A stretch of DNA of 64,000 nucleotides from Azolla caroliniana (taxonomy: Eukaryota; Plantae; Polypodiophyta). The notes beneath the pieces were generated by a model. That model ran no database searches. It was given only the letters and a program-made list of their open reading frames with translations, and was not told where the DNA came from. Both the position numbers and the translations under genes were made by a program. Positions 12,890 to 24,485 of this stretch are shown in pieces (the first letter of the stretch is position 1; each line of letters starts with the position of its first letter). The stretch covers positions 1,860,001 to 1,924,000 of the forward strand of contig JBHGNT010000011.1 in the NCBI GenBank assembly GCA_043228905.1. Reading direction: 5' to 3'.

Positions 12890-13522
12890 AGCCGTTCAGA
12901 ACGCTCCGAACTTCGACGCCAAACCTCCGAGATAGATCTGGACCATCTCGCTCTCCTCGATGTTCACCTCTATGGAGGCGAGGGAGTCGCAGATATCCTT
13001 GATCTTCGAGGTATAGTCCGCCACCGACAAGTCGCGTTGTCGTAGGTTGCTCAACTCCTGTCTGAGCTGAAGCTTCCTGGCTGTGGTGCTTGCGGCGAAA
13101 ATCTTCTTCAGATTTTCCCACGCACCCTTCGGCGTCTTTGCATCCTGAACATAGCTCAATAGCTGTTCGCCCACACACGACGCGAAGCAGTATAATACCC
13201 TGCTCGCCGATTGCTCCCACGACGGGAAGTCTCTGTGTGTTGATTCGGGTGCCGCGTCATTAGCTCCTTCGACATAACTCCAGTAGCCGAGCACTATAAA
13301 AGGGGGCACAAGGCATTATTTTGAACCAAATTGGTTCAACGCCAGTCTTAAGCCTCCTAGCTACTATTGTATACTCTCTTCACATAATATATCTTTTATC
13401 ATCATTCTCTCACCCTTTCTCTCTCTCTATCTCTCTCTCTCTCGCTCACTCTTTCCTTCTCTCGAGAGTTCTACACCTCTTTTAGTACTAATTCCTTCTC
13501 TGTCTTAGTACTGATCCTGACA

Positions 13523-16500
13523 CCATCTCATCCTGCATGGCACTCAACCACTTGTGGCAGTGGGTGTCTCTCTTTGCTTCTTTGAAGCTTTCCAAATCCC
13601 CCTCATCGGTTAGCAACACATGCTCTACATTCGGAAATCTCCGAGGGGTTCTTCTCTCTCGGATAGGATATCTCCATCCTTGGCTTCTGACTACCAGTTC
13701 CTCCGTTTGTTCTGAATCCGAATCTAATTCAGGATCTTGTTTGGTTCCAGTGTCTTCTTCTTCTTCTTCTGTCGGTTCAGTTTCCTGTCCGTATCCGGCC
13801 AGTTCGTCGAGTGTCATCCGGTTTCCGGCCAACATCTGGTTTTCAACCGGGTAGGTCCTTGTGTCCTCAGGCCGTTTTCATTGGATTATCCAGAGTTCAT
13901 CACCTTCTTCTCCGACTCCCAGTCGACAATGGTCCTGTCTTCCATGAAGACTATGTCCCGACTCCGGAACACCTTCTTGTCGACCAGATCCCACACTGGT
14001 AATCAACCTCATCATCGCTGTATCCAAGGAAAATGCATGGCCTGGACTTCGGATCCAACTTTGCTCTCTTTTCCTTTGCAACATGCATATATGCGAGACA
14101 CCCAAACACCTTCAGATGCCGGTAAGATACATCTTTACCGGTCCATACTTTCTGGGGTGAGTCTCCTTCCAAGGGTGTTGAGGGTAATCTATTTATCACA
14201 TAGTTCGTCGTCATTAGTGCCTCAGCCCAAAATGTCTTGGGTAACTTTGCATGTGCTAGCATGCTCCAGAACCTCTCCATTATGGTCCGGTCCATCCTTT
14301 CGGCCAGCCCATTTAGTTCCAACGTCTTTGGCAGAGTAAACTCAAGCCGAATTCCCTTCGACCGGTAGTACTCCTCGAACTGCCTCGGTATTCTCCTCCG
14401 TTATTTGCTCGAACCGCCTTCAACCTCCAATTGGTTTCTCTTTCCACTCTTGTGTGGAGCTCCTTGAAGACGGATAACACTTGGTCCTTCGTCTTCAACA
14501 GTGAGACCCACAGCTTCCGGCTGTGGTCATCTATGAACATCACGATGTACTGCGATCCGGCATGTGACTTCGTGTACACTTGACACACATCGGTATGCAC
14601 CAGCTCCAGTGGAGCATTCCGTCTCATCGGTGGTCTTGACCGGAAGGAGGTTCGATTTTGCTTTCCGGCCAAGCAATCGGTGCACTTCTCAAGTTGCACT
14701 TCCTTTATCGGAATGAGGTTGGCTTCGGCAAGCCTCTTCATCCCCTTCTCACTTATGTGACACAGTCTTTTGTGCCACAGCTCACCGGCAGTGCCGGATG
14801 CTACATTCACTTCTTCTCGACATATCCAAGCATTCATCAAGTACAATGTGTTGATATTCCGAGCTCGAGCCACTATCAAGCTTCCCTTGCTGAACTTCAT
14901 AACGACGTTCCGAATGCTACCTATGTAGCCTTCATCATCTAGCTGACCAGCTAATATCAGGTTCAGTCTAACCTCCGGAACTTGTCGGACATCCTTCAGC
15001 AACAATTTGCATCCGGTTGATGTTGTCAACAACACATCTCCTATGCCGATAATTCCGCATGTACCTTCATTCCCCATCCGGACACAACCATGATCACCGG
15101 CTATGTAGGATGAGAAGCATTTCCGATCCGGTATCAGGTGGAATGACGCTCCGGAATCGACAACCCACGTTGTCTCATCGTTGGCAAGGTTTAACTCATT
15201 CTCTTCGGTAATGAGCATCAGTTCTTCTTCACTTGTCACGATTGCCGACGTTCCCTTCCGATCTGGGCCTCTCTGGTCCGAACTCTTCTTCGAATTGGTA
15301 GTGTCGGTTTCTTTCTCCTTCCGAAAATGCCATCAGTTCTTCTAGAAGTGTCCCGGCTTCCCGCAATAGAAGCACGTGGGCCTCCCCCTTGACTTCGACC
15401 TCGTCCCTGATTTGTCCCGGTTTTGGGGACTCCGATACCGGCCTCTTCCCCGGTTGTGGTCATCTTCCGTGACCAAGGCCTTCAGATTGGTTCCGGACTC
15501 CCGGTCCTTCCGATGAGCTTCTTCATCTAGCAAGCTTGATTTTACCCTTGCAAGGGACAATTGTTTTCCTTCTGGCCCGACGTTGCCCAACGTGACAACT
15601 AATGTCTCCCAGCTATCCGGGAGGGAACCGAGTAGGAGAAATGCAAGTAACTCATCGGCGAGAGGTACTTCCAACGAGGTTTCCTGGTGGATCAGTCCTT
15701 GGAAGGCATTCATGTGCTCCGCCATACTGGAGCCGTCCTGGTACCGGAGCCTCACTAGCTTCCGGAATACAGAAACCTGATTAACGACATTCTTGTTATG
15801 GAACATGATGCCGATCTTCTCCCAGAGTTCATGACCCTTGCTCTTTTCATTGAAGTTGTTGTACAAGCTCATGTCGATGAAGCACCGGATGTATGTCATC
15901 GTCTTCATGTGCATCACCTCCCACACTATGGCATCGATCTTATCCGGTCTCTTGTCCCCGAATTGGACAGGCAACCAAAGATCTTTAACCACTAGCATGT
16001 CCCTCATCTTTGACTTCCACACTGAGTAGTTGGAGCCGGTGAGGTTGAACATGCCGCCGAACGATTCTTCCATTTCCTGTGGTGTTCGCTTTGATACCAG
16101 TTTGTAGAGAATAGCACAGAATATTGCTCGGTCAGAACCGAGTCTTGAACACTTCACTTGGAATGAAACATAGAAATGGGAAATGGAGAGAGTACACAGA
16201 AATGACACAAGATGTTTACGTGGAAAACCCTAATAGGGAAAAACCACGGGAGCCCGCGGACTCCAACTATCACTATATGAGAGTAAAATACAAAGTGGAG
16301 GCATAGAGGCAGTGACCTCGTGCTCTTGCTCTTTGCCAAACGGCGGTTACTACAGAGAGTGCTCGTAGTTACTCTGTCGCTCTCTTTGTCGCTCTCTATA
16401 CAGTAGTTATATACATACAACAATATGACAACAACATACATCTAAAGTGATTGCCCTAAGTTATATTTATACTTATATGAACTTAGGTCTATTTACAAAT

Positions 16501-16614
16501 ATAGCCTCAATAGGCTTTCTCAAGACATATTTACAAATATGTCTCTCTTCCGGTTCTCACTAGGTCCTCTTCATTCATCACCAGGTCCCATTCGGAGAGA
16601 CCAATTTCCCAACA
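13523..16614 (-). mobile_element. Copia family A, copy A2 (degenerate): 5' LTR about 16103-16614, PBS, gag-PR-IN
   Basis: PBS tggtatcaaagc at 16088-16099; ORFs 15342-16208 (gag, CFYCGKPGHF) and 14313-15239 (PR-IN); interrupted by G2' at SAMQDEM. Confidence 0.9.
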
Positions 16615-18067
16615 AGGTGTACATGGTAAAACCACTCGGCTTCGAATCCAGTAGTCAACCGACTTAAAAAGCCTCTCTACAGTCTTAAGCAAGCACCATG
16701 TGCTTGGCATTCAAAGATAACACAATATCTTCATCGAATCGGCTTCCGAATGTCAAAATCCAACAACTCTCTCTACATAAGAAGCGATTCTAGAAGTCCA
16801 ATTGTCATCATCCTATATGTGGATGATTTGGTCATTGGAGGTGAAAGTCTAGTCGACATCAACAAGGTCAAGTCCCTCCTATCTGGAAAATTCGAGATGA
16901 CGGACATGAAAGAGCTTCATTACTTCCAAGGTATTGAAGTAATTCGAACTCTAGTCGGCATTATGATCTCTCAATGACACTACATCCTAAACTTGTTATA
17001 CAAGTTCGGGATGACTGAGTGTAAATCTGTGGCAACCCCTCTCAATCGAAACCTCAAACTGGATGCCGACTCAGTATCGACAATTGATTGGGAGCCTCAT
17101 CTATCTCACAATCACTCGAACCGACCTTAGCAACCGTGTCGATCTCCTCAGCCAATTCATGCAAAAGCCACGTGACATTCACTTGGATTGCGCTAAGCGA
17201 GTGTTACGATACATTAGTAGCACAATGGATTGTGGCATCCTCTATAGGACGGAAATGTCAATTCGACTCAAAGGGTACACAGATGCCAACTGAGCCGGCT
17301 ACAGAACTGACCAACGATTGACCTCTGTATTTGTTTTCTCCCTCGACAGCGGAGCAATATCCTAGAGTAGCAAGAAGCAGCCAACTATTACATTTTCAAG
17401 CATCGACGCCGAATATAAGGGCGTGGTTGTGGTTGCATGTGAAGCCGTATGGCTCAAGAGGATTTTGAAGGATCTGGGTGTTCCCATCAAGGATCCAACT
17501 CCCCTTTACTGCGATAACATGAGTAGTATTTATCTGGCTGAGAACTTGGTGTTCCACGTGCACACAAAGAATATCGAGGTGCACTATCACTTCATCCGAG
17601 AGCGCTCAGGCTGGAGATATCAACCTTCAACATATCAACACGACTCTTTAGACAACTGACATCTTCACCAAAGTCCACGGAGCCGACAAGCTTTGGCAAG
17701 TCATGTCATACCTTGGATTGACGATCCCTGACTTGCCAAGCTTGAGGGGGAGTACAAGAGAGAACTGGATACTGTCCGAACAGGATACCAACTGACGCAG
17801 ACATCAATCGAAAGGAACCGACCCGAGTTGAGCTTGAGGGGGTGTGTTGAGAATCAAGCTCAACGTAGACTAGTGTGTGAACACACCTTTGAGAATCTAT
17901 GAGCACTCAAATGTCAAAAGTCACCACTACTCTCTACACATTAACTATGTATCATAGAATCATATTCTATGACAGATAACTATGTGCGACTTTTGACCTT
18001 TGAGTGATCATAGATTCTCAAAGGGTGTGTTCACACACTGGACTAGGTTAAGCTTGATTCTCAACAT
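16615..18067 (+). mobile_element. Copia family C, degenerate 3' part (RT, RNase H, PPT, palindromic 3' LTR)
   Basis: ILYVDDL, KGYTDAN, LYCDNMS, KNIEVHYHFIRE; PPT gagggggtg before tgttga at 17845. Confidence 0.85.
17845..18067. repeat. 223-bp fold-back (about 80-bp inverted arms) at the copia C 3' LTR position
   Basis: tgttgagaatcaagct...gtcaaaagtc pairs with gacttttgac...agcttgattctcaaca; inner hairpin tcatagaat/attctatga. Confidence 0.9.
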
Positions 18068-19431
18068 TTCTGTATGAGTCAACTTGACAAGATTAACCAT
18101 AGAGGGAGGGAGAATAAGACAAAAAGGCACACAAGATTGTCGAGAAATACGCGGAATAGTCTCCGGCAACAACCGAAGAGTAAATCATTTTGTACAGTCG
18201 AACACAAAAGAAATGGGAAATGGAGGTAAGTGCTCAAAACAGAGAGAAAAAAGGATACACAGGATATTAACGTGGAAAACCCTGAGAGGGAAAAACCACG
18301 GGAGTCCACAGACTCCAAACTATCACTATATCACAATGATTACAACAGTGAGCTCATGGAGGCAACAACCTCGTGCTCACGATCTTCGCCACAGGCGGCG
18401 GTTACAACAGAGGCAACGACCTCTCTATATTGAGCTCACTCTCTCTCTCTCTCTCTCTCTGTGTACACAGTTGCTCTCTCAAGAATTGCGATAACGATTA
18501 TGACAACTACTCAACTAAGTTTGCTCCAAGTCATATTTATATTAATATGACTTTTCGGCTATTTACAAATATAGCCCAGATGGACTCTCAGAAACATATT
18601 TACGAATATGTCCCTTCATCCGGTGAGCACTCATCATCGGGCCTGCATCATCCGGCGCTTGCCGGGCACACGTCATCCGGTTCTCACCGAGTCTTCACCA
18701 TCCGGCTCTTGCCGGGTACTCGTCATCCGATTCTCACCGGGTCTTCACCATCCGGTGTCGCGTTGTTACGCGTGTACGTGTAGAAAGGGGCGGGACCACG
18801 GGGGTCTTGGACCGAGGAGCAAGAGAGAGAGAGAGAGGTTCACCGACACGTAGAAGCTAGAAAGAGAGATATAGAACGTAACACTTAATTATAATGACAA
18901 AGATTACAAACTCTGACAGTTACAACCGACAAAGCGGCGATGGGCCCGACACGGGAACCCTACTCACGCACACCGACGATAGTCACCGACTCAAAGAAAC
19001 AAAGAGGGAAGGGGAGTGACTCTGCTGGAAGCACATGGGCTGTCCACGAAGCAGAGGCAGTGACCTCCCGACACCCGCAGAGAGCGACGAAGAGAGACGA
19101 AGAGAGAGAACTCCCCCTTCCGTTTTGCAGCAACCTCCTTCCTCCTCCTCGCGCGGGATCCCGTTCTTCTCTTCTCCTCTTGCCTTTATTTCCTGTCCCC
19201 ACCTGACCGGGATACGCACAATCCCCTCTAATAAATGCGTGCGGCCTAGTAGTTACATCCACCGGTTCGCGTGCAAAGTATCCAGTCACGCGTTCATCCG
19301 TGTAAGGGCCGGTTTACACGCTTTCTCTCCAATTCCGCCTATGGCCGGTTTCATTCACGACATCCACCCCCACCAAACCGTGCATCCACCGGCATGCGCC
19401 AGAGCCGGGTAGATACCGAAGAAAATCGGCC

Positions 19432-21039
19432 TCACTCCTTGCTCTTCGGTTCTCCACCGGACCCGAACTGATCGTCGTTGTCGCTCCCACTCGAAGGCTC
19501 CGGCTCGTCCTCGAACCGCTTTTTGAAAGCTTTGATCCGCATTCCGGCCACCGGCATCGCTAATCGTGTCCCGTCGAGTTCCGCGAGGTGGTACGTGTCG
19601 TTGCCGTTCGCGCTCGTCACCATGTAGGGCCTGAACCATCTCCTAGCAAACTTTCGCACCGCCTTGTGCTGATTGTCGAGGCTGCTGTCGTATACCAAGA
19701 CCCAGTCGCCTTCCTCGATCGGTGCGTCCGGTTGAACCGGATCTTGTTCCGCTCCCTTGCCGCTCACAGCCTTTCCTTCGCCCGTATCACATCCTCCGGC
19801 CTCCGCTCGAGTTGCCGAATCCGCGCCGCCAGCAACTCCTCTCGGCTCATTTCGTCCTTCCAATCTACCATCGCCCACGAAGAAACCGTCCGCTCCACCG
19901 GCATGATCGGCTTTTGTCTGTACATCAGCTCCGCCGGCATGAACCCTGTCACCGAATTGTGCATAGTCCGGTCCGCCCATAGTGCGTAAGGAAGGAGTCG
20001 CGGCCAATTCCCGACCTGCCCACCACATGCACGCACCAACGCCTTTACAATCAGTCCGTGCCCATGTTCCACCTTTCCGTTCGCCTCCGGATTGTACGTC
20101 GTGGTGAGGGAGAGTTTGACGCCTAGTCGGTCGAACAGCTCCTCGGCCTCCCGTGCATCCAGCTCTCCCCGGTCCGCCACGATCCTCCCGACGCACCCGT
20201 ACCGACACACTACTTCTTCGATCAGGAACCGGCATACCACCGCGGTTGTCTTGCTTTGCAGTGCACGGCCTTCCACCTGGTTCGTTAAGTCTTCCCGTGC
20301 AAGCACAAGGTATCACATCTGTCCTACCCCCATCTGCATCGTCACCAAGTCCACCATCCACTTGAAATGGACCGTAGGCGGGTAGGTCGGGTGTAGCTCG
20401 TCCCGGTATTGGACTACGAAGTGCACCTGACAACTTTCGCAGGTCGTTACGAACCGATGCACGTCCTGGTATAGCCCCGGCCACCAGTACTTCTCCTTTA
20501 GCTTCTCGAACGTGGCCCACGTTCCGCGGTGTCCGGCCCATGGGCTCTCGTGGAATGCCGCCAGTAGTTTCCCTTGTTCTTCTTTCTTTGCCACTACTCG
20601 GAGTGGGATGCCGCTTCTCTTCTTTGGGTGTTTCCATATGCACCCGTCCCGCACGAAGAATTGGTACGCCTTCCTCCGTATCCGGCTTGCCTCCTCTCTC
20701 GCCCATGCTACGTTTGACGTCATCGTCCGTAGGAACCTCCCGATTTGGAGCCACTCCCCGTCGTACATGCTTTCGTCAAATTCGTTAAGCGCCGGAGTGT
20801 TCCCTTTCCTTCTTGTCGTTACGTTAGCCGACCCGAAGAAGTCCTCGCCGACTTCTTCGTCCTCCGAAACCATGTCGTCTTCGTCGTTGAACCTTGCCCT
20901 CGAAAGCATGTCGGCCATGGCGTTGTCATTTCCGGAGATGTGCCGTATCTCCGGGTTCAGGGACTTAATGTACACTATCCACCGGAGCATTGCTAGGTCC
21001 GGCGTTGCGCATCCGGAAACCATGCCGAGTATCGGCAGG
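19432..21039 (-). pseudogene. RNase H end and integrase of the Trp-primed gypsy (frameshifted)
   Basis: MADMLSR, HESPWAGH..CESC, VDLV, ADRG, NPEANGKVE, RWFRPY. Confidence 0.85.
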
Positions 21040-21329
21040 TGTCATAACTAGACTCGAACCCATAACCTTTTGTTACACGGGTCGAGACTTTACCATTAGG
21101 TCATGAATTGTAATTTGAAGGATATTATTTTCATTTAGGTTTTATTGGGAAATTGATGTATATTCCAGATTTCTCTGGAACATTCTAGAAACTTCAGGAG
21201 TATTCCTGAAGACACTATAAAAGGAGGCGCAAGGCATTAGTTCGAACCAAATCGGTTCAACGCCAGTCTTAAGCCTTCTAACTACTGTTGTATATCTTCC
21301 TTCATATAATACATATATCTTTCGCATCA

Positions 21330-21370
<41 letters not shown>

Positions 21371-21599
21371 CCTTCTCTCAAAAGTTCGACACCTCTCATA
21401 GTACTAATCCTTCTCTGTCTTAGTACTATTCCCCAACAATAGTACTAATCCTTCTTTTAGTACTAATTCCTTCTCTGCCTTAATAGAGTTCCTGACAGTT
21501 TGAACCGATTTCTGGGTGCCTGTCTGGTCTTTTCTCTCCCTCTTCCTTCTGTCTCCCTCCTTTTCCTACTAGTCTCTTATTTCCCTTTTCCTTCATCCC

Positions 21600-22769
21600 A
21601 TGGCCACCGTTAGCGCTGAAGAGTATCAATCCGTTTTCTCGGAATTTCAATGCTTGAAAGAGAAGTTTCATGCTTTGGAACAAGAAAATCAACGCTTGTT
21701 GGGGGATCTTCAGCAAATTTCCTTAGAAAAGCAGCAAACGCAACAACAGCATGGGGAACTTGCGTTACGCGTGCAACAACTCGAAGCAACCATCGTAGCA
21801 ATGCAACAACAAGGGCACGGAGCACAAGGGATTCATAAAGAACCCAAGATTGGCCTTCCCACGAAGTTCGATGGAACGCGATCGCAGTTTAGAGGGTTTC
21901 TTAACCAGGTACGGTTAGTTATTCAAATGCATCCGTCCCGATATCCCACCGATGCATCACGAGTGGGTTTAGTAGGCACGTTGTTAAATGGCTCAGCATT
22001 AGCATGGTTCGCTCCGCTACTAGAAAAGGAATCTCCAGTACTAAATAATTTTGAAGAATTCATAAGTGAGTTTAAAGCATGTTTTGGAGATACTGACAGC
22101 ATAAGGACTGCAATCAACAAAATCCGGCGATTACGCCAAGGTGACCGTCCAGCCTCCGCATATGCTGCAGATTTCCGCCTACTCGCCGCCGATATCCCCT
22201 GGGATGATCAAGCATTGATGGAGCAGTTCCGCTATGGTCTACGCAACGATGTCAAGGATTTACTCTTGACTTTCCCTGAAGAGCCAAAATCATTAACAGA
22301 AGCAATCAGTCGAGCGGTAAGATGTGACAACCGCCTCTTCGAGCGACGTTCGGAACGACAATTTCAGATGCCGAGGGCAAGATCCGAGCCTACCTATGCC
22401 TCAGTGGTAGCAAAACCTTTTCAAAGGGAGTCACATAATGCGCCTCCAGTAAGTACTCCAACTCCAATGGAAATTGACACTACACGTCGTCGTGGGCCGC
22501 TATCGGAGGAGGAAAAGCAACGACGCCGAACAAACCGATTATGCCTTTATTGCGGTGGACCAGGGCATATCGCGATAAACTGTCCCCATAGACCAAGAAG
22601 GCAGGTAAACCAAGTCGTTGTTAGTTCTGACTATACTAAACCCGAGTCTATTTCAGTAGGAATCTCTGATAGTCCTCATAGTCATAATAGTCCTAATAGT
22701 ACTAATAGTCCGAATCTCGCAAACAAATTTGATGTCCTTAGCCAATTAGAAGAAGAGTTAAACGACTAA
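21600..22769 (+). CDS. gag: Gag (PEG10/Tcn1-like capsid plus CCHC knuckle), 389 aa
   Basis: PTKFDGTR, LRQG, PMEID, CLYCGGPGHIAINC. Confidence 0.93.
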   Translation: MATVSAEEYQSVFSEFQCLKEKFHALEQENQRLLGDLQQISLEKQQTQQQHGELALRVQQLEATIVAMQQQGHGAQGIHKEPKIGLPTKFDGTRSQFRGFLNQVRLVIQMHPSRYPTDASRVGLVGTLLNGSALAWFAPLLEKESPVLNNFEEFISEFKACFGDTDSIRTAINKIRRLRQGDRPASAYAADFRLLAADIPWDDQALMEQFRYGLRNDVKDLLLTFPEEPKSLTEAISRAVRCDNRLFERRSERQFQMPRARSEPTYASVVAKPFQRESHNAPPVSTPTPMEIDTTRRRGPLSEEEKQRRRTNRLCLYCGGPGHIAINCPHRPRRQVNQVVVSSDYTKPESISVGISDSPHSHNSPNSTNSPNLANKFDVLSQLEEELND

Positions 22770-22810
22770 GTCCAGCCAAAATAGGAGCCGTTTGGTTGGA
22801 CAGCCCTAGA
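22757..22810 (+). promoter_or_regulatory. Candidate -1 ribosomal frameshift signal (GUUAAAC plus 11-bp stem)
   Basis: G TTA AAC in the gag frame, 6-nt spacer, then gtccagccaaa/tttggttggac stem; same signal at 60962. Confidence 0.75.
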
Positions 22811-24160
22811 TCTGTGCAGCCCATTAGTGGTTCCATTCCCTCTAAGCAAGTTAGTGATGTGTTCGTAGCCCAAGTAGCAGTTAGTACTAAAACATTAGAT
22901 TTAGTACAACGATCATTCTGGTGGCCCCGTATGCGACAATTTGTCGAAGATTTTGTTCGGACTTGCGATACATGCTGCAGAGCGAAAATGCCAAGACATC
23001 ATCCATATGGTTTATTAGAACCATTACCAATTCCAAGCAAGCCATGGCAATCCATTGCTCTTGACTTCATTACAGATCTTCCAGTCTCTAAGGGATTCAG
23101 TGCGATTCTCACAGTGGTGGATCGATATACGAAGATGGCTCATTTCTTACCATGTACTAAAGAAATATCTAGTGAAGACACCGCCGAAATTGTCATGCGG
23201 GAAGTATGTCGGCATCATGGACTCCCTGATAATATCATCAGCGATCGTGGACCCCAGTTTGTGTCAAAATTCTGGAAGCACCTTTTTAAAATGCTGAAGG
23301 TCACTTGTAACCTCTCCTCCGGCTACCACCCACAAACCGACGGTCAAGCCGAACGAACAAATCAAACACTGGAGCAGTATCTGCGGTGCTTTCTCAACTA
23401 TCATCAGAATGACTGGGCAGATATTCTTCAGTTCGCCGAATTTGCCTATAATAACACTATCCACGCATCGACTAAAGTCACGCCATTCTACGCTTATACG
23501 GGATATCATCCCCGGTGGTGTGTCCTTGAAACCCCAGAAGTGTCCACAAATCCTTGCGCGGAGGATCGTTTGGAGCGGTTACGCAAGATACAAGCGGATT
23601 TATCTACTCAACTCCAGCAAGCTCAACAATCACACAAGGACTACGCAGATCGCCATCGACTTCCATCCAGTTTTAACATTGGAGATCGGGTGTGGCTGCT
23701 ACGACGACACATCAAGACTACTCGCCCATGTGAGAAGTTGGATTATCGGCGATTAGGTCCTTTCCGTATTATCGGGAAGATTAATGATGTCGCTTTTCGT
23801 CTCGAGCTACCTCCGCAACTTCGGATACATCCGGTGTTTCATAGTTCTCTCCTCGAACCCTATCACGAGAGCACTATCCCAGGACGTACTATACAACCAC
23901 CACCTCCTATCGAGCTCGAAGATGGACCTGAGTATGAGGTCGCTGCCATCCTCGATTCCAAGATTGTTCGCAACAAGCTCTACTATCTAGTCGATTGGCT
24001 AGGATATAGTCCCAGCGAGCGTACTTGGGAACCGATCGAGAATGTGACCAATGCTCGTGCTCTTCTAGAAGACTTCCATCGACGATATCCCGAGAAACCG
24101 GGTCCTCAATCCAAAACGACTCGTGGAACTCGTCGTTTTAAAGGGGGGATAGTGTCATAA
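22757..24160 (+). CDS. pol: Deleted pol: leader fused in frame to integrase core and chromodomain
   Basis: ORF 22796-24160 in the -1 frame from gag; DFIT, SDRG, GQAER, RLGPF, chromodomain EYEVAAILD. Confidence 0.9.
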   Translation, partial: VKRLSPAKIGAVWLDSPRSVQPISGSIPSKQVSDVFVAQVAVSTKTLDLVQRSFWWPRMRQFVEDFVRTCDTCCRAKMPRHHPYGLLEPLPIPSKPWQSIALDFITDLPVSKGFSAILTVVDRYTKMAHFLPCTKEISSEDTAEIVMREVCRHHGLPDNIISDRGPQFVSKFWKHLFKMLKVTCNLSSGYHPQTDGQAERTNQTLEQYLRCFLNYHQNDWADILQFAEFAYNNTIHASTKVTPFYAYTGYHPRWCVLETPEVSTNPCAEDRLERLRKIQADLSTQLQQAQQSHKDYADRHRLPSSFNIGDRVWLLRRHIKTTRPCEKLDYRRLGPFRIIGKINDVAFRLELPPQLRIHPVFHSSLLEPYHESTIPGRTIQPPPPIELEDGPEYEVAAILDSKIVRNKLYYLVDWLGYSPSERTWEPIENVTNARALLEDFHRRYPEKPGPQSKTTRGTRRFKGGIVS

Positions 24161-24442
24161 CTAGACTCGAACCCATAACCTTTTGTTACACGGGTCGAGA
24201 CTTTACCATTAGGTCATGAATTGTAATTTGAAGGATATTATTTTCATTTAGGTTTTATTGGGAAATTGATGTATATTCCAAATTTCTCTGGAACATTCTA
24301 GAAACTTCAGGAGTATTCCTGAAGACACTATAAAAGGAGGCGCAAGGCATTAGTTCGAACCAAATCGGTTCAACGCCAGTCTTAAGCCTTCTAACTACTG
24401 TTGTATATCTTCCTTCATATAATACATATATCTTTCGCATCA

Positions 24443-24485
<43 letters not shown>

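Larger units (their letters stand above)
7493..13291 (-). mobile_element. Ty1/copia family B, 5'-truncated: 3' LTR 7493-7947, PPT, RH, RT, IN, PR, gag
   Basis: 455-bp LTR matches the solo LTR at 25075-25529. PPT complement ctccccctc at 7948. RH (IYCDNLS, KHIEVHYHF), RT ([17 protein letters not shown]), IN, PR (WYVDSGAS), CCHC knuckle CWYCGKKGHRENEC. Gag joins G2' LTR sequence at about 13291, so the 5' LTR is lost. Confidence 0.92.
6982..13522 (+). mobile_element. Older Tcn1-like chromovirus copy G2': integrase end and chromodomain 6982-7400, PPT, 3' LTR split into 7415-7492 and about 13292-13522
   Basis: RLGPF..IHPVFH..EYEVASILD..YLVNWLGY..TWEP, close to 23720-24150. PPT aaagggggga. LTR starts tgtcat and ends cctgaca, homologous to the 21040-21497 LTR. 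Interrupted by copia B. Confidence 0.85.

Noticed and set aside
11564-13002. Long + strand ORFs antisense to copia B
   Set aside because: GC-rich shadow ORFs with no recognisable motifs.
19432-20754. 440-aa ORF as a novel gene
   Set aside because: Mostly an alternative frame of the frameshifted integrase; only its C-terminus is the true integrase tail.
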